Positions 51,346 to 60,847 of a stretch of 64,000 bases of DNA are shown piece after piece (within the stretch, counting starts at the first letter, position 1; each line of letters begins with the position of its first letter). Source of the stretch: Candidatus Latescibacterota bacterium (GTDB lineage: Bacteria; Latescibacterota; UBA2968); NCBI GenBank assembly GCA_965204375.1, contig OZ241986.1:5248001-5312000 (forward strand), in the 5' to 3' direction. The notes beneath the pieces were generated by a model that made no database searches, had not been told where the DNA came from, and was given only the letters and a program-made list of their open reading frames with translations. A program made the position numbers and the translations under genes.

Positions 51346-52305
51346 ATGGCTTTTATCCATATTCCCAAAGGCTGGCAGTTGCCCGAAGGCGAGGTTACAC
51401 CCGAACATATTTACTTGAATCGTCGGCGCTTTATGCAGGCTATAGGTGTTGCAGGCGCGAGCGCAGTGATTGGTGCTGGTTGCGCGACAGCAGAAGATGA
51501 GTTCGAGGTAGAAGTTCCCCCATCGCTACCGGGTCTGTATCCGGCAAAGCGCAATGAAAATTATACCGTGGAGCGGGAAATGACGGAGGAGAAGGTTGCC
51601 GCGCGGTACAATAATTTTTACGAGTTTACCACGAATAAGGGCAAGGTCCACGAGTTGACGGGCAAGTTTGAGGTGCGCCCCTGGGAGGTCGAGATTTCGG
51701 GCTTTGTGGAGAAACCCGGGACGTATGATCTGGATGATTTGCTCAAGCGGTTCGCGCTGGAAGAGCGCGTGTATCGGTTTCGGTGCGTGGAAGCGTGGGC
51801 GATGACAGTGCCGTGGACGGGGTTTCCGATGAAGGCGTTGATCGATTATGTGCAGCCTCAGTCGTCGGCAAAATACGTGCGGATGGTGACGTTCAATCGT
51901 CCGGATCAGGCGCCGGGCATCAAGACGCAGTCCTGGTATCCGTGGCCTTATTTTGAGGGGCTGACTATGGAAGAGGCGACGAATGAACTGACGTTGCTCA
52001 CGACGGGTATTTACGGTCATGCGCTGCCCAAACAGCACGGGGCACCCATTCGGTTGGTTACGCCGTGGAAATACGGATATAAGAGCATTAAGTCCATTGT
52101 GAAGATCGAGTTCACCAAACGGCAACCGCCGACGTTCTGGAACAAGGTGGCTCCTTCAGAGTACGATTTTTGGTCTAATGTAAATCCCAATGTGCCGCAC
52201 CCGCGCTGGTCTCAGGCAACGGAGCGGTTGATCGGGACGATGGATCGCGTGCCCACCCAAATGTACAATGGGTATGGCGATTATGTGGCGCATCTGTACG
52301 GTTAG
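51346..52305 (+). CDS. msrP: methionine sulfoxide reductase catalytic subunit
   Basis: NRRRF Tat motif, YNNFYEF, FRCVEAW, PWKYGYKSIK. Confidence 0.95.
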   Translation: MAFIHIPKGWQLPEGEVTPEHIYLNRRRFMQAIGVAGASAVIGAGCATAEDEFEVEVPPSLPGLYPAKRNENYTVEREMTEEKVAARYNNFYEFTTNKGKVHELTGKFEVRPWEVEISGFVEKPGTYDLDDLLKRFALEERVYRFRCVEAWAMTVPWTGFPMKALIDYVQPQSSAKYVRMVTFNRPDQAPGIKTQSWYPWPYFEGLTMEEATNELTLLTTGIYGHALPKQHGAPIRLVTPWKYGYKSIKSIVKIEFTKRQPPTFWNKVAPSEYDFWSNVNPNVPHPRWSQATERLIGTMDRVPTQMYNGYGDYVAHLYG

Positions 52306-52330
52306 GGAATAGCAGTACCTGTTGCATTTC

Positions 52331-52363
52331 AAACCGCTCGGTGAGATGATTGCCGAGCGGTTT
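52331..52363. terminator. hairpin after msrP
   Basis: aaaccgctcgg/ccgagcggttt. Confidence 0.7.
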
Positions 52364-52484
52364 GGTGTTCATGGCTTATATGCGTTACACAAAGGCAGAC
52401 GTGATGTTGACATTCTTCGCTATTCTCGTAGATTTAGAATACTCGCGGATATAATCGCAGGTGTGCTTTTTAAGAGGAGTCTTC

Positions 52485-53039
52485 ATGGGAATCAGAGGTG
52501 GTCGAGGATTTGTGGGTGAGACTCTATGGCGACCTATCACACTATTATGGACACTGCTTTCTGGCATCGCTTCGATCTTGGCGTGGATCGGCGTAGGTGA
52601 ATCTTGGACAGAAAAAATAAAAGTGCTTATGGTGATGGCAATCCTGCTATTTGCCCTACTCACCTATGTTCTCTACGTAGCCTATCTCTTGTATAAGAAG
52701 GTTGATCGACCATTGAGTGTGCGTAAGGTGTCTGAGGGTAGTCACTACTTCAAGGACGAAGTAGTAGTCCTATTGGAGCAAAGTGATAATGTTCTTGACG
52801 GCGATATTCTTACTTTATTTGTCCGTGAAGGAGACGCAGAAGTCCCTGTTTGCCTACTATCGGTTGAGGCGATTACCGACTTAGGATTTCCACAAAGTGT
52901 GGTATTTTTCTCGTTTACTGATGACCCATTGTTAGACTATCTCAGTGATGAGAGCAGATTGGAACAACTACAGGCTAAGCGTGGCGTAACTCGGAAACAT
53001 TTAGAGTTGTATTTAGAGTGGACTTTTCCCGTTCACTGA
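52485..53039 (+). CDS. hypothetical two-TM membrane protein
   Basis: SD GAGGAG; two hydrophobic helices followed by a beta-rich domain. Confidence 0.65.
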   Translation: MGIRGGRGFVGETLWRPITLLWTLLSGIASILAWIGVGESWTEKIKVLMVMAILLFALLTYVLYVAYLLYKKVDRPLSVRKVSEGSHYFKDEVVVLLEQSDNVLDGDILTLFVREGDAEVPVCLLSVEAITDLGFPQSVVFFSFTDDPLLDYLSDESRLEQLQAKRGVTRKHLELYLEWTFPVH

Positions 53040-53122
53040 TGCCTCATTATTAGACTATCTCAGTGATGAGAGCAGATTGGAACAATTGCAGGCGAAGCGT
53101 GGCGTAACAAAGGAGCATTTAA

Positions 53123-53512
53123 ATGGCTGATAAAATAGCAGATATTGAAGTAAAACACGATGGTCTCGTTGCGGGAATTCTCAGCGAGCGAAGGGTTGTT
53201 CTCAACAAGGGGGAAGAGGACGGTATCTTGGGTGGCGACGAGTTCGTCGTTTTTACCCTTGGGAAAGAGGTACATGATCCTAAGACGGGCGAAAGTCTCG
53301 GAATACTGGAAAATATTAAGGGTAAGGGTGAGGTCATTCATGTTCAGGATCACATGTGTACCATTGAGACTTATGAATATGATATGGTTCCAGGATCAAA
53401 TCCTCTGGTACCACCTCTCTATCGAAATGAGATAAAGGTCTATCAAGAGTTCGTGAATGTGCAGTGTGGCGACTATGCGCGTAAGCTTGATAAGGAGTAT
53501 TTAAATGGCTGA
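53123..53512 (+). CDS. hypothetical beta-barrel protein (FlgT C-terminal-like), paralog 1
   Basis: VVLNKGEEDGI..GD.F.V...EVHDPKTGESLG. Confidence 0.65.
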   Translation: MADKIADIEVKHDGLVAGILSERRVVLNKGEEDGILGGDEFVVFTLGKEVHDPKTGESLGILENIKGKGEVIHVQDHMCTIETYEYDMVPGSNPLVPPLYRNEIKVYQEFVNVQCGDYARKLDKEYLNG

Positions 53513-53903
53513 TAAAATAGCAGATATTGAGGTAAAACACGATGGTCTCGTTGCGGAAATTTGTAATGAACGAAAGGTTGTGCTCAACAAGGGATCAAAC
53601 GATGGTATCTCGAGTGGTGATAAATTCGTTGTTTTCAATCTCGGAGAAGAGGTACACGATCCTAAGACGGGCGAGAGCCTTGGCATACTGGAAGAGATCA
53701 AGGGTAAGGGCAAGGTCATTCATGTTCAGGATCACATGTGTACTATTCAAACTTATGAGTTCGAGATAGAATCGATGCCACCGCCAATACCCATCACACG
53801 CAGGGATCCTTCCCCTTTTCTTTATCAAGGGGAAAAAAGAAAGGTCTATCGGAAGTTTGTAGAGGTGGCGCGTGGGGACTATGCACGCAAGATCAGGTTT
53901 TAG
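53505..53903 (+). CDS. hypothetical beta-barrel protein, paralog 2
   Basis: Near-identical N-terminal two thirds to 53123-53512. Confidence 0.65.
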   Translation: MADKIADIEVKHDGLVAEICNERKVVLNKGSNDGISSGDKFVVFNLGEEVHDPKTGESLGILEEIKGKGKVIHVQDHMCTIQTYEFEIESMPPPIPITRRDPSPFLYQGEKRKVYRKFVEVARGDYARKIRF

Positions 53904-53959
53904 GGAGAGTGATCACGATTAGCGAAAAGCATCTACCCGGTTTTTAGATTGGATATAAG

Positions 53960-54766
53960 ATGAAGAAAATAGTCCTTGTATTGCTCTTGTTGGTAAATGG
54001 GTCGGCTCATATCCTGTTTGGTGAAGAAGTGCCGAATGATGTTGGCCTGAGTATTGGGCATGCGCCACCTGCATTTACACTGCCGGATTTGTACTCTGGA
54101 GAATTGGTTTCTCTGAGTGATTTTCGCGGGAAGAAGACGGCGTTTTTTATGTGGGCGTCCTGGTGAGGATGCCGCGCTCAGTTGCCTGGATGGCAAGCGT
54201 TTTATCAGGAGTACGGTGAACAGGTTGAGGTGGTGGTTATTGCTCAGGATGCTCAGGGTGCCGAGGTTGCCAAACCCTGGGTTGAAAAGGCTGGCGGTAC
54301 ATATCGCGCATTGCTGGATCAGCACAACGCGATTGGCAAGGCGTATAATGTCAAATTCGTGCCGGTTGGGATTTTTGTGGATGAAGAGGGACAGCTTGTC
54401 CGCAGTGTTGGTAGCGTTAATATTGACAATGAGACCCTGCGCGGAGAACTGGTGGAGTGGATAACAACGGGGGCTATTCCTGGAGCCTGGCGCGATGGGG
54501 ATAAGGGTGCGAAACCCCGCGTGCTGACTGCGGATGAGCAGGAGGCCGATGCACTATTTCAGCGCGCTATCGCGTTGCTAAAACAGGGTAAGCGCGAAGA
54601 CGCTGTTGCAGAATTAAAGCGCGCGTATGTCCTGGATCCCAAAAATTGGTTGATTCGAAAGCAGTTGTGGGCGATAGAGAATCCCGGGATGTTTTACGAT
54701 GGCAAGGTCGATTATCGCTGGCAAAAGGAACAGATGGCGAGAGAAGATGAGGAATTAAAAAAATGA
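53960..54766 (+). CDS. exported ResA/AhpC-like selenoprotein with WASW-U-GC motif and C-terminal TPR (Sec TGA at 54164-54166)
   Basis: In-frame read-through joins ORFs 53960-54166 and 54182-54766; hairpin ttgcc-tggat-ggcaa 3' of the TGA. Confidence 0.9.
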
Positions 54767-55806
54767 AGTATGGTGCTAAAAGATTGACTCAGCTCGTCAG
54801 TTGCGGTGGTTGAGCATCGAAACTCGATCCAGCGGTGCTGGATGTGATTTTAAAAAAGTTGCCACCTGTGGCGCATCCCAATTTGATGGTGGGGATGAAT
54901 ACGGCTGATGATGCTGGCGTGTTTCGGATTTCTGAGGATGTGGCTCTTATTCAGACGGTGGATTTTTTTACGCCTATTGTCGATGATCCGCATGCGTATG
55001 GGCAGATTGCCGCAGCCAATTCACTGAGCGATGTGTACGCGATGGGAGGGCGTCCGATTACTGCGCTGAATATTTGCGGGTTTCCGAGTGATGATGTCGA
55101 GCCAGAGGTGATTGCCGAGGTTTTAAAAGGGGCACAGGAGAAGGTGGCGGAGTCCGGAGCGGTTCTGGTGGGTGGGCATTCTGTGGAGGATGTGGAACCC
55201 AAGTACGGTTTGTCGGTTACGGGGGTTGTGCATCCGGATGATGTGAAGACCAATGCGGGTGCTCAGGTAGGAGATCGTCTGATTTTGACCAAGCCGCTGG
55301 GTACGGGTTTGATGTCGGATGCCTATCAAAATGGCGAGATCGATGAAGGTGCGTTGCAGATTGCGGTGGATTCTATGGTGCAGTTGAATCGCATCGCAGC
55401 CGAGGAGATGGTTGCATATAAAGCGCATGGGTGTACGGATATTACGGGGTTTGGGTTGCTGGGGCATGGGTTGGAGATGGCGCAGGCGAGTGGCGTTGGG
55501 TTTTGCATTCGCGGTTCTGATGTGCCGTGTTTTGATCTGGCTTTGCAGATTGCAGAGGGGCGCGAGGGCGGTGGTTTGCGGCGCAATCGGGCGGCGCGAG
55601 GGCATGCGGTGAGGTTTGCCGAAGATGTTGACGAGGTTTTGAGGCGTTTGTTTTTTGATCCGCAGACTTCTGGCGGTCTGTTAATTGCACTTGCGTCCGA
55701 TGCGGCTGATGCTTTTCTTGGAGCACTAATTGAGCGCGGTGTGATGGCTCGAGATATTGGCGAGGTGGTTGCAGAACATCCCGGTGAGATTGAGGTACGA
55801 GCGTGA
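54763..55806 (+). CDS. selD: selenophosphate synthetase, Sec-containing (TGA at 54811-54813)
   Basis: MKYGAKRLTQLVSCGG-U-ASKL, DDAGV, TVDFFTP, DPQTSGGLL. Confidence 0.96.
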
Positions 55807-55808
55807 TT

Positions 55809-55906
55809 GGGAGTGGATGGGGAACTGGTGTCCCCCGCGGGCTTCAAACCCGTTGTTGCGTGCTAACCCCACGCTTGGTGGGTTCGATTCCCACACATTC
55901 CCGCCA
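55809..55906 (+). tRNA. selC: tRNA-Sec (anticodon TCA)
   Basis: Anticodon loop cttcaaa, long variable arm, T-loop ttcgatt, GCCA end; directly after selD. Confidence 0.95.
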
Positions 55907-55972
55907 TTTTTGATAGCGGAGAAACTTTCTGAGTTTCTCCGCTGTCTTTATGTGTGACTTCAGGAGGTATTA

Positions 55973-56866
55973 ATGATCAAACGATTTGCTATTTCTGTTT
56001 TGCTCCTCGCAGGGTTGTGTTCCCCCGCTCGAGGCTGGTTGCTGGAGGGACATCATATTCTGACTTTGTCCGCTGTGGCAGCTTTGCCCGATGAGGTTCC
56101 GGCGTTTTTCAGGCAGGGGGCAAAGACGGTGGCGCATTTGAGTATTGATCCGGATATGGGTAAGAACCGGGGTACGCCGCAGGTGCGAGGGGCAGAGTAT
56201 CCCGAGCATTTTTTGGATCGCGAGATGCTCGATGTGGAGACGCTGCCCGCGAGTCGATATGCGTTTGTCAAGTTGTGTTATGAGCATGGGGTGTCGCCCG
56301 AGAAGATGGGTTTTGTGCCTTATGCGGTGAATGAGTGGACAGAGCGTTTAGCGGTGGCTTTTGCAGAGTTTCGCAAGTGGCCCGATAATCCACATATTCA
56401 GAGTAAGTGCCTGATCTATGCGGGTTTTCTCGCGCACTATGCCGAGGATATGTGCCAGCCTTTGCATTTGACGATTCACTATGATGGGCGTGTGCAGGAG
56501 GGGGGCGAAAAGTTGCAGAGGGGTATTCACCTGAAGGTGGATGGTCTGGTGCAGTTTTTGAAGATGGAGCCAGGGGATTTGTCGCGCGATCAGGATGTGA
56601 CGCCTTTTGATGATGTGATGTCTGAGATTATGCGGGAGTTTGAGGAGGGGTTTGCACTGGTTGATCGGGTTTATGAAATGGGGCCGTATATTCCCAGATA
56701 TGATGAGGAGAATTGGGTACCGAATGCCGAGGTGATCGCTTTTGCAGAGGATCGCGCCCGGGCTGCGACGCGGTTTACCGCGCGGCTTTATTTGACTGCC
56801 TGGCGATTGTCCGAGCGTTTGGAGATTGCAGATTATGTGAAGCGAGAGGTTTGGGACGGGGAGTAG
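55973..56866 (+). CDS. secreted S1/P1 nuclease / Zn-phospholipase C-like protein
   Basis: Signal peptide then W...GH; DPD; HFLD; HYAEDMCQPLH; IH...D. Confidence 0.78.
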   Translation: MIKRFAISVLLLAGLCSPARGWLLEGHHILTLSAVAALPDEVPAFFRQGAKTVAHLSIDPDMGKNRGTPQVRGAEYPEHFLDREMLDVETLPASRYAFVKLCYEHGVSPEKMGFVPYAVNEWTERLAVAFAEFRKWPDNPHIQSKCLIYAGFLAHYAEDMCQPLHLTIHYDGRVQEGGEKLQRGIHLKVDGLVQFLKMEPGDLSRDQDVTPFDDVMSEIMREFEEGFALVDRVYEMGPYIPRYDEENWVPNAEVIAFAEDRARAATRFTARLYLTAWRLSERLEIADYVKREVWDGE

Positions 56867-56884
56867 AAAGAAAGGAGATTTTCG

Positions 56885-57784
56885 ATGCGTCGATTGGGTA
56901 TGGTTTTATTGGTACTGTTTATTTCTGGGTCTTCGGCATGGGGCTGGTGGCCGCGAGGGCATGGCATTTTGACAAGGGCGGCTGTTCAGGCTCTTCCGGC
57001 AGATGCGCCTGCTTTTCTCAGGGCTGGTGCAGGTATGGTGGCTCATACGGCTGTTGATCCGGATATTGCGAAGAATCGCGGTACGCTTCATCTGGAGAAG
57101 GCTGGTCATCCGGTTCATTATTTTAATATGGAATTGTTTGAGGCAGAGGATTTACCCGCGTCGCGGTACGCGTTTGGAAGGCTTTGTGCAGAGTTGGGAA
57201 AGAAGCCGGAGCAGGTGGGGTTGTTGCCGTATGTAACAGCGGAATATACCGAGCAACTCGCTCTGGCATTTGCGGAGTTTCGCAGGTGGCCCGAGAATCC
57301 ATTTGTTCAAAATAAGTGTTTGATATACGCCGGGTATGTGGCGCATTTTGCCCAGGAAATTTGTCAACCTCTGAATCTGACGATTCATTGGAATGGTCGC
57401 GTGGTAGATGGCAAGTCGTCGAGGACGCGTATTCACGAGAAGATTGATGGGTTGCTTCAAAATTTGGATTTGAGACCCGAAGATATTGCCGAGGGTTTGA
57501 CTGCTGCGCCCGTGGATAGTTTGATGGCGGGTGTTGTGGCGCAGATGCACGAGAGTTTCGGAGAGGTTGAGTCTGCGTTGTCTATGGAGCAGTATCTCAT
57601 TCCAAAGGATATAGATTGGAAGAATGAGCCTGCGGTGCGCGCTTTTGCGGAGAAGCACGCAAAGAGGGCTGCGGGTTTTACGGTTTCGCTTTATTTGACG
57701 GCGTGGAAGATGTCGGAGAAGATCAGATTGCCGGGTTGGATTGATCGCGGCGAGATGGATCATTTTGGCGCAGAAAAGAAATAG
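56885..57784 (+). CDS. secreted S1/P1-like paralog with altered metal ligands
   Basis: WWPRGH, DPD, HYFN, HFAQEICQPLN, IHEKID. Confidence 0.72.
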   Translation: MRRLGMVLLVLFISGSSAWGWWPRGHGILTRAAVQALPADAPAFLRAGAGMVAHTAVDPDIAKNRGTLHLEKAGHPVHYFNMELFEAEDLPASRYAFGRLCAELGKKPEQVGLLPYVTAEYTEQLALAFAEFRRWPENPFVQNKCLIYAGYVAHFAQEICQPLNLTIHWNGRVVDGKSSRTRIHEKIDGLLQNLDLRPEDIAEGLTAAPVDSLMAGVVAQMHESFGEVESALSMEQYLIPKDIDWKNEPAVRAFAEKHAKRAAGFTVSLYLTAWKMSEKIRLPGWIDRGEMDHFGAEKK

Positions 57785-57792
57785 GGGTGTTT

Positions 57793-58752
57793 ATGGGATA
57801 TGATCGAGAGCGCAGGGTCGCTGTTGAGGCTGTGCGCGAGGCGGCTCGGCTTTGTGTCGATGTGCGCAAATCACTTGTTGGGGCGATGGAGAAGGAGGAT
57901 CGGAGTCCGGTGACGGTTGCGGATTTTGGCTCGCAGGCGCTTGTGTGCCGGCGTTTAAAGTCGGTTTTTCCCGAGGATCCGATTGTGGCGGAGGAAGATG
58001 CGTCGGTTCTTAGAGGTGCGGAGCAGAGTGCGATGCGGAAGACTGTGGGCGAATTTGTTCGGGCGTATGCACAGGCGGATGAAAATACAATTTGCGATTG
58101 GATTGATGCGGGTAATGGGGATGTTGCAGAGCGTTTTTGGACACTCGATCCCATTGATGGTACAAAGGGTTTTTTGCGCGGGGATCAATATGCGGTGGCG
58201 CTGGCGCTCGTCGATTGCGGTGAGGTGAAGGTTGCCGCGCTGGCGTGTCCGGCTCTGCCGGTGGATATGGAGGAGATGGACGGCGATTGTGGGGTGTTAT
58301 TTGTGGCGGTGAAGGGAGAGGGTACCCGGGCGATGTCTCTTGGGGGTGGAGATGCTGCTGATGTTCGGATTGATGGGCCTGCGTGGCGGTTTGCCGAGAG
58401 TGTGGAGTCGTCACACTGCGATTTCGATGCACAGCAAGCGGTGGCTCGTGCGGTTGGGATTGTTTCGCCGTCGCTCAGGATGGATAGTCAGGTGAAATAC
58501 GGCGCGGTGGCTCGCGGCGATGCGGCGTTGTATTTGAGGCTGCCGTCGCCGAAGTCTCCGGATTATCGCGAGAATATCTGGGATCACGCTGCGGGTGCTC
58601 TTATTGTTGAGGAAGCCGGTGGACAGGTGAGCGATATGTTTGGTAGGCCGCTGGATTTTGCTTCTGCTGATCAGATGGAAGACAATCGCGGGGTGGTGGT
58701 GAGTGCCCGCGAGATTCACGCGCGGGTGATTGGCGCGCTTCGGGATATGTGA
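57793..58752 (+). CDS. 3'(2'),5'-bisphosphate nucleotidase (HAL2-like)
   Basis: SPVTVADF, DPIDGTKGF, DSQVKY, IWDHAAG. Confidence 0.9.
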   Translation: MGYDRERRVAVEAVREAARLCVDVRKSLVGAMEKEDRSPVTVADFGSQALVCRRLKSVFPEDPIVAEEDASVLRGAEQSAMRKTVGEFVRAYAQADENTICDWIDAGNGDVAERFWTLDPIDGTKGFLRGDQYAVALALVDCGEVKVAALACPALPVDMEEMDGDCGVLFVAVKGEGTRAMSLGGGDAADVRIDGPAWRFAESVESSHCDFDAQQAVARAVGIVSPSLRMDSQVKYGAVARGDAALYLRLPSPKSPDYRENIWDHAAGALIVEEAGGQVSDMFGRPLDFASADQMEDNRGVVVSAREIHARVIGALRDM

Positions 58753-59480
58753 TGGGTCAACGAGATTACGATGCTGTTGTTAAGCGCGTGGAGGCGGTGT
58801 CTGGTGTTGATGTGTATGAGTTGGGGGAGGTTGAAGGGTTGCCGGTTTTGCGTGTGTCTGCTGGTAAGGAAGATGTACCTGCTATTTATATCAATGGGGG
58901 GACACACGGCGATGAACCGGCTGGCGTGGAGGCCGCGCTGGCTTTTTTGGAGGGGGAGTGGGAGCGCTGGGCGGATGGGGTGCGTTTTGAAGTTGTTCCG
59001 TGTTTGTGCCCGTGGAGCTATGTTCACAATGCGCGGCTCAATGCACAGGAGGTGGATGTGAATTGGGCGTTTTTGCGCGATGATGTGCCCGAGATTGAGA
59101 TTTTGAAGGGGTTTGTGGAAGGGCGGGTTTTTGCGGGGGTGATCGATTTGCACGAGGATTGGGAGAGTCCGGGATTTTATTTGTACGAGATGTTTGGAGA
59201 CCGGGGACCTCTTGGGCGAGAGATGGTGACGCGGGTGGCCAAGGTTTGTCCGATTAACAAAGAGGCTGAGATTGAGGGCGAGATTGCGGTCAATGGGGTG
59301 ATTCATCCCAATATGGAGGTGTCGAGGCGAAAGTACGGGGAAGGCATACCGATCGCTTTGTATCAGCGAGGCCATACAGGGCATCTGGTGACGTCAGAAA
59401 GCCCGACGGCGCAGCCGATGGATGTGCGCGTGGCGGCGCATCTGGCAGCGGTTGAGGTGATGGTGGAGGCGCAGGTTTGA
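58749..59480 (+). CDS. M14-family metallo-carboxypeptidase / desuccinylase-like
   Basis: HGDEPAG, IDLHED. Confidence 0.82.
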   Translation: MMGQRDYDAVVKRVEAVSGVDVYELGEVEGLPVLRVSAGKEDVPAIYINGGTHGDEPAGVEAALAFLEGEWERWADGVRFEVVPCLCPWSYVHNARLNAQEVDVNWAFLRDDVPEIEILKGFVEGRVFAGVIDLHEDWESPGFYLYEMFGDRGPLGREMVTRVAKVCPINKEAEIEGEIAVNGVIHPNMEVSRRKYGEGIPIALYQRGHTGHLVTSESPTAQPMDVRVAAHLAAVEVMVEAQV

Positions 59481-59563
59481 TCTCTGGACCTGAAAAACGC
59501 GCGGAACACGATCCCGCGCCTTTTTAATATGAGCCGATGGCAATTTGACATTCATAATGTGGG

Positions 59564-60847
59564 CTAAAATAATGCCTCCAATTGATCTGCCGCTGCTTTC
59601 GCACCATTTTCCCCCGCTATTTGCGCCTGAATCTCCAACGCGCGTTCTCGGTAGGTATTCTCCTCCACCTGTTTGATCTTACGACAGAGTATCGAGCTAT
59701 TGAGCCGCGCTATCGGTATTGTCGCCGAGACGCCCAGATCTTGCAACCGCAGGGCATTGTCGCATTGTTCATAAGTAAAGGGAACCGCCACCTGGGGTTT
59801 CCCTCTGTACATACCATAGGCAATGGTTCCCGCTCCGCCGATATGTACGAGCGTTCTGATCTGCGGGACTAATTGAGAAAAAGGCTCGTAAGCAATGGGG
59901 AGCAAACGCTCATCTTGTGGTATGTGCTGGCGGATTTCCGCATTGCTTCCTATGACGAGGATGGCCCTCTTGTCCATCAGCAAAGAGGCTTCTGCTGCCA
60001 CTTTGCAAAATCGCTGTCCCTCGGTCCCACTTCCAGTGGTGCCGAGGGAGAACAGTAGAGGCGAATCCCCTTTATCGAGAAATTCCCGAGTTTCTCTAGA
60101 CAGCGATTCCTCTTCCTGATGGTGAAATACAAAGCCGGCGTGAAACATAGGTTGGGGCCAGTCTTTTTGGGCGGGGGCAAAAAGACTGGAAAAGAACGCC
60201 AGATTCAAATGAGGAGAGTTTTGGACTTCCATCAGAATATGAACCTCTTCCAAGTCTGGTAAATCCAGCGATTCCCGCAGCTTCTTTAGCGGAGCAATCC
60301 AGGGATCGACGATCTTTTCTCCCAGCGACCCGATGGCCTGCGCGACGAAAGGCGGCAGGGGCACCCGCCACAAAAAATCCCGCGAGGATCTCTGGCCGAT
60401 AATCCAGCTACGCTTGTATTCGCCTCGATAGGCCAACGGCGATATTGCGAATGATACCCAGGGCTTCCCCAATTTTTTCGCAACAAGGGGAACGGAAAAC
60501 GCCAACGGGTGGCAGAGCAACACGTCGTACTCAGGGACGACTTTTTCAAGCTGATGGTAGTTCCACTCTACGTGCGGAAGCACCAGGTCCCGCAACAGAT
60601 ATTTGTTTCCCGCTATATCGGATTGAATCGCGTACTCCACCCAGGTTTGTAGCTGATTCTGGTCCAGTGCAGGACGCTGGCGGAGATAATCCAGCCCCAG
60701 GCGTTCTATTTTTTCTTGGTGGGAACCGTTGGAGGCGATGGTGACGCCATGTCCTCTTCGGACCAATTCCAACGCGAGTCCGATGACTGGATTCAAATCG
60801 CCGCCCGGCGTCCCCATTGTGGCAAGTAGAAACTTCTTCCTGTTCAT
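59564..60847 (-). CDS. family 1 glycosyltransferase
   Basis: N-terminal ATMGTPGGDLNP, VHIGGAGT, VPFTYEQCDNA; start overlaps the upstream stop (ATGA). Confidence 0.87.
   Translation of the reverse strand: MNRKKFLLATMGTPGGDLNPVIGLALELVRRGHGVTIASNGSHQEKIERLGLDYLRQRPALDQNQLQTWVEYAIQSDIAGNKYLLRDLVLPHVEWNYHQLEKVVPEYDVLLCHPLAFSVPLVAKKLGKPWVSFAISPLAYRGEYKRSWIIGQRSSRDFLWRVPLPPFVAQAIGSLGEKIVDPWIAPLKKLRESLDLPDLEEVHILMEVQNSPHLNLAFFSSLFAPAQKDWPQPMFHAGFVFHHQEEESLSRETREFLDKGDSPLLFSLGTTGSGTEGQRFCKVAAEASLLMDKRAILVIGSNAEIRQHIPQDERLLPIAYEPFSQLVPQIRTLVHIGGAGTIAYGMYRGKPQVAVPFTYEQCDNALRLQDLGVSATIPIARLNSSILCRKIKQVEENTYRERALEIQAQIAGENGAKAAADQLEALF

Noticed and set aside
55880-55906. selC as the attachment site of a genomic island
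   Set aside because: No integrase follows, downstream genes look core-like, and I saw no second copy of the tRNA 3' end in the window.
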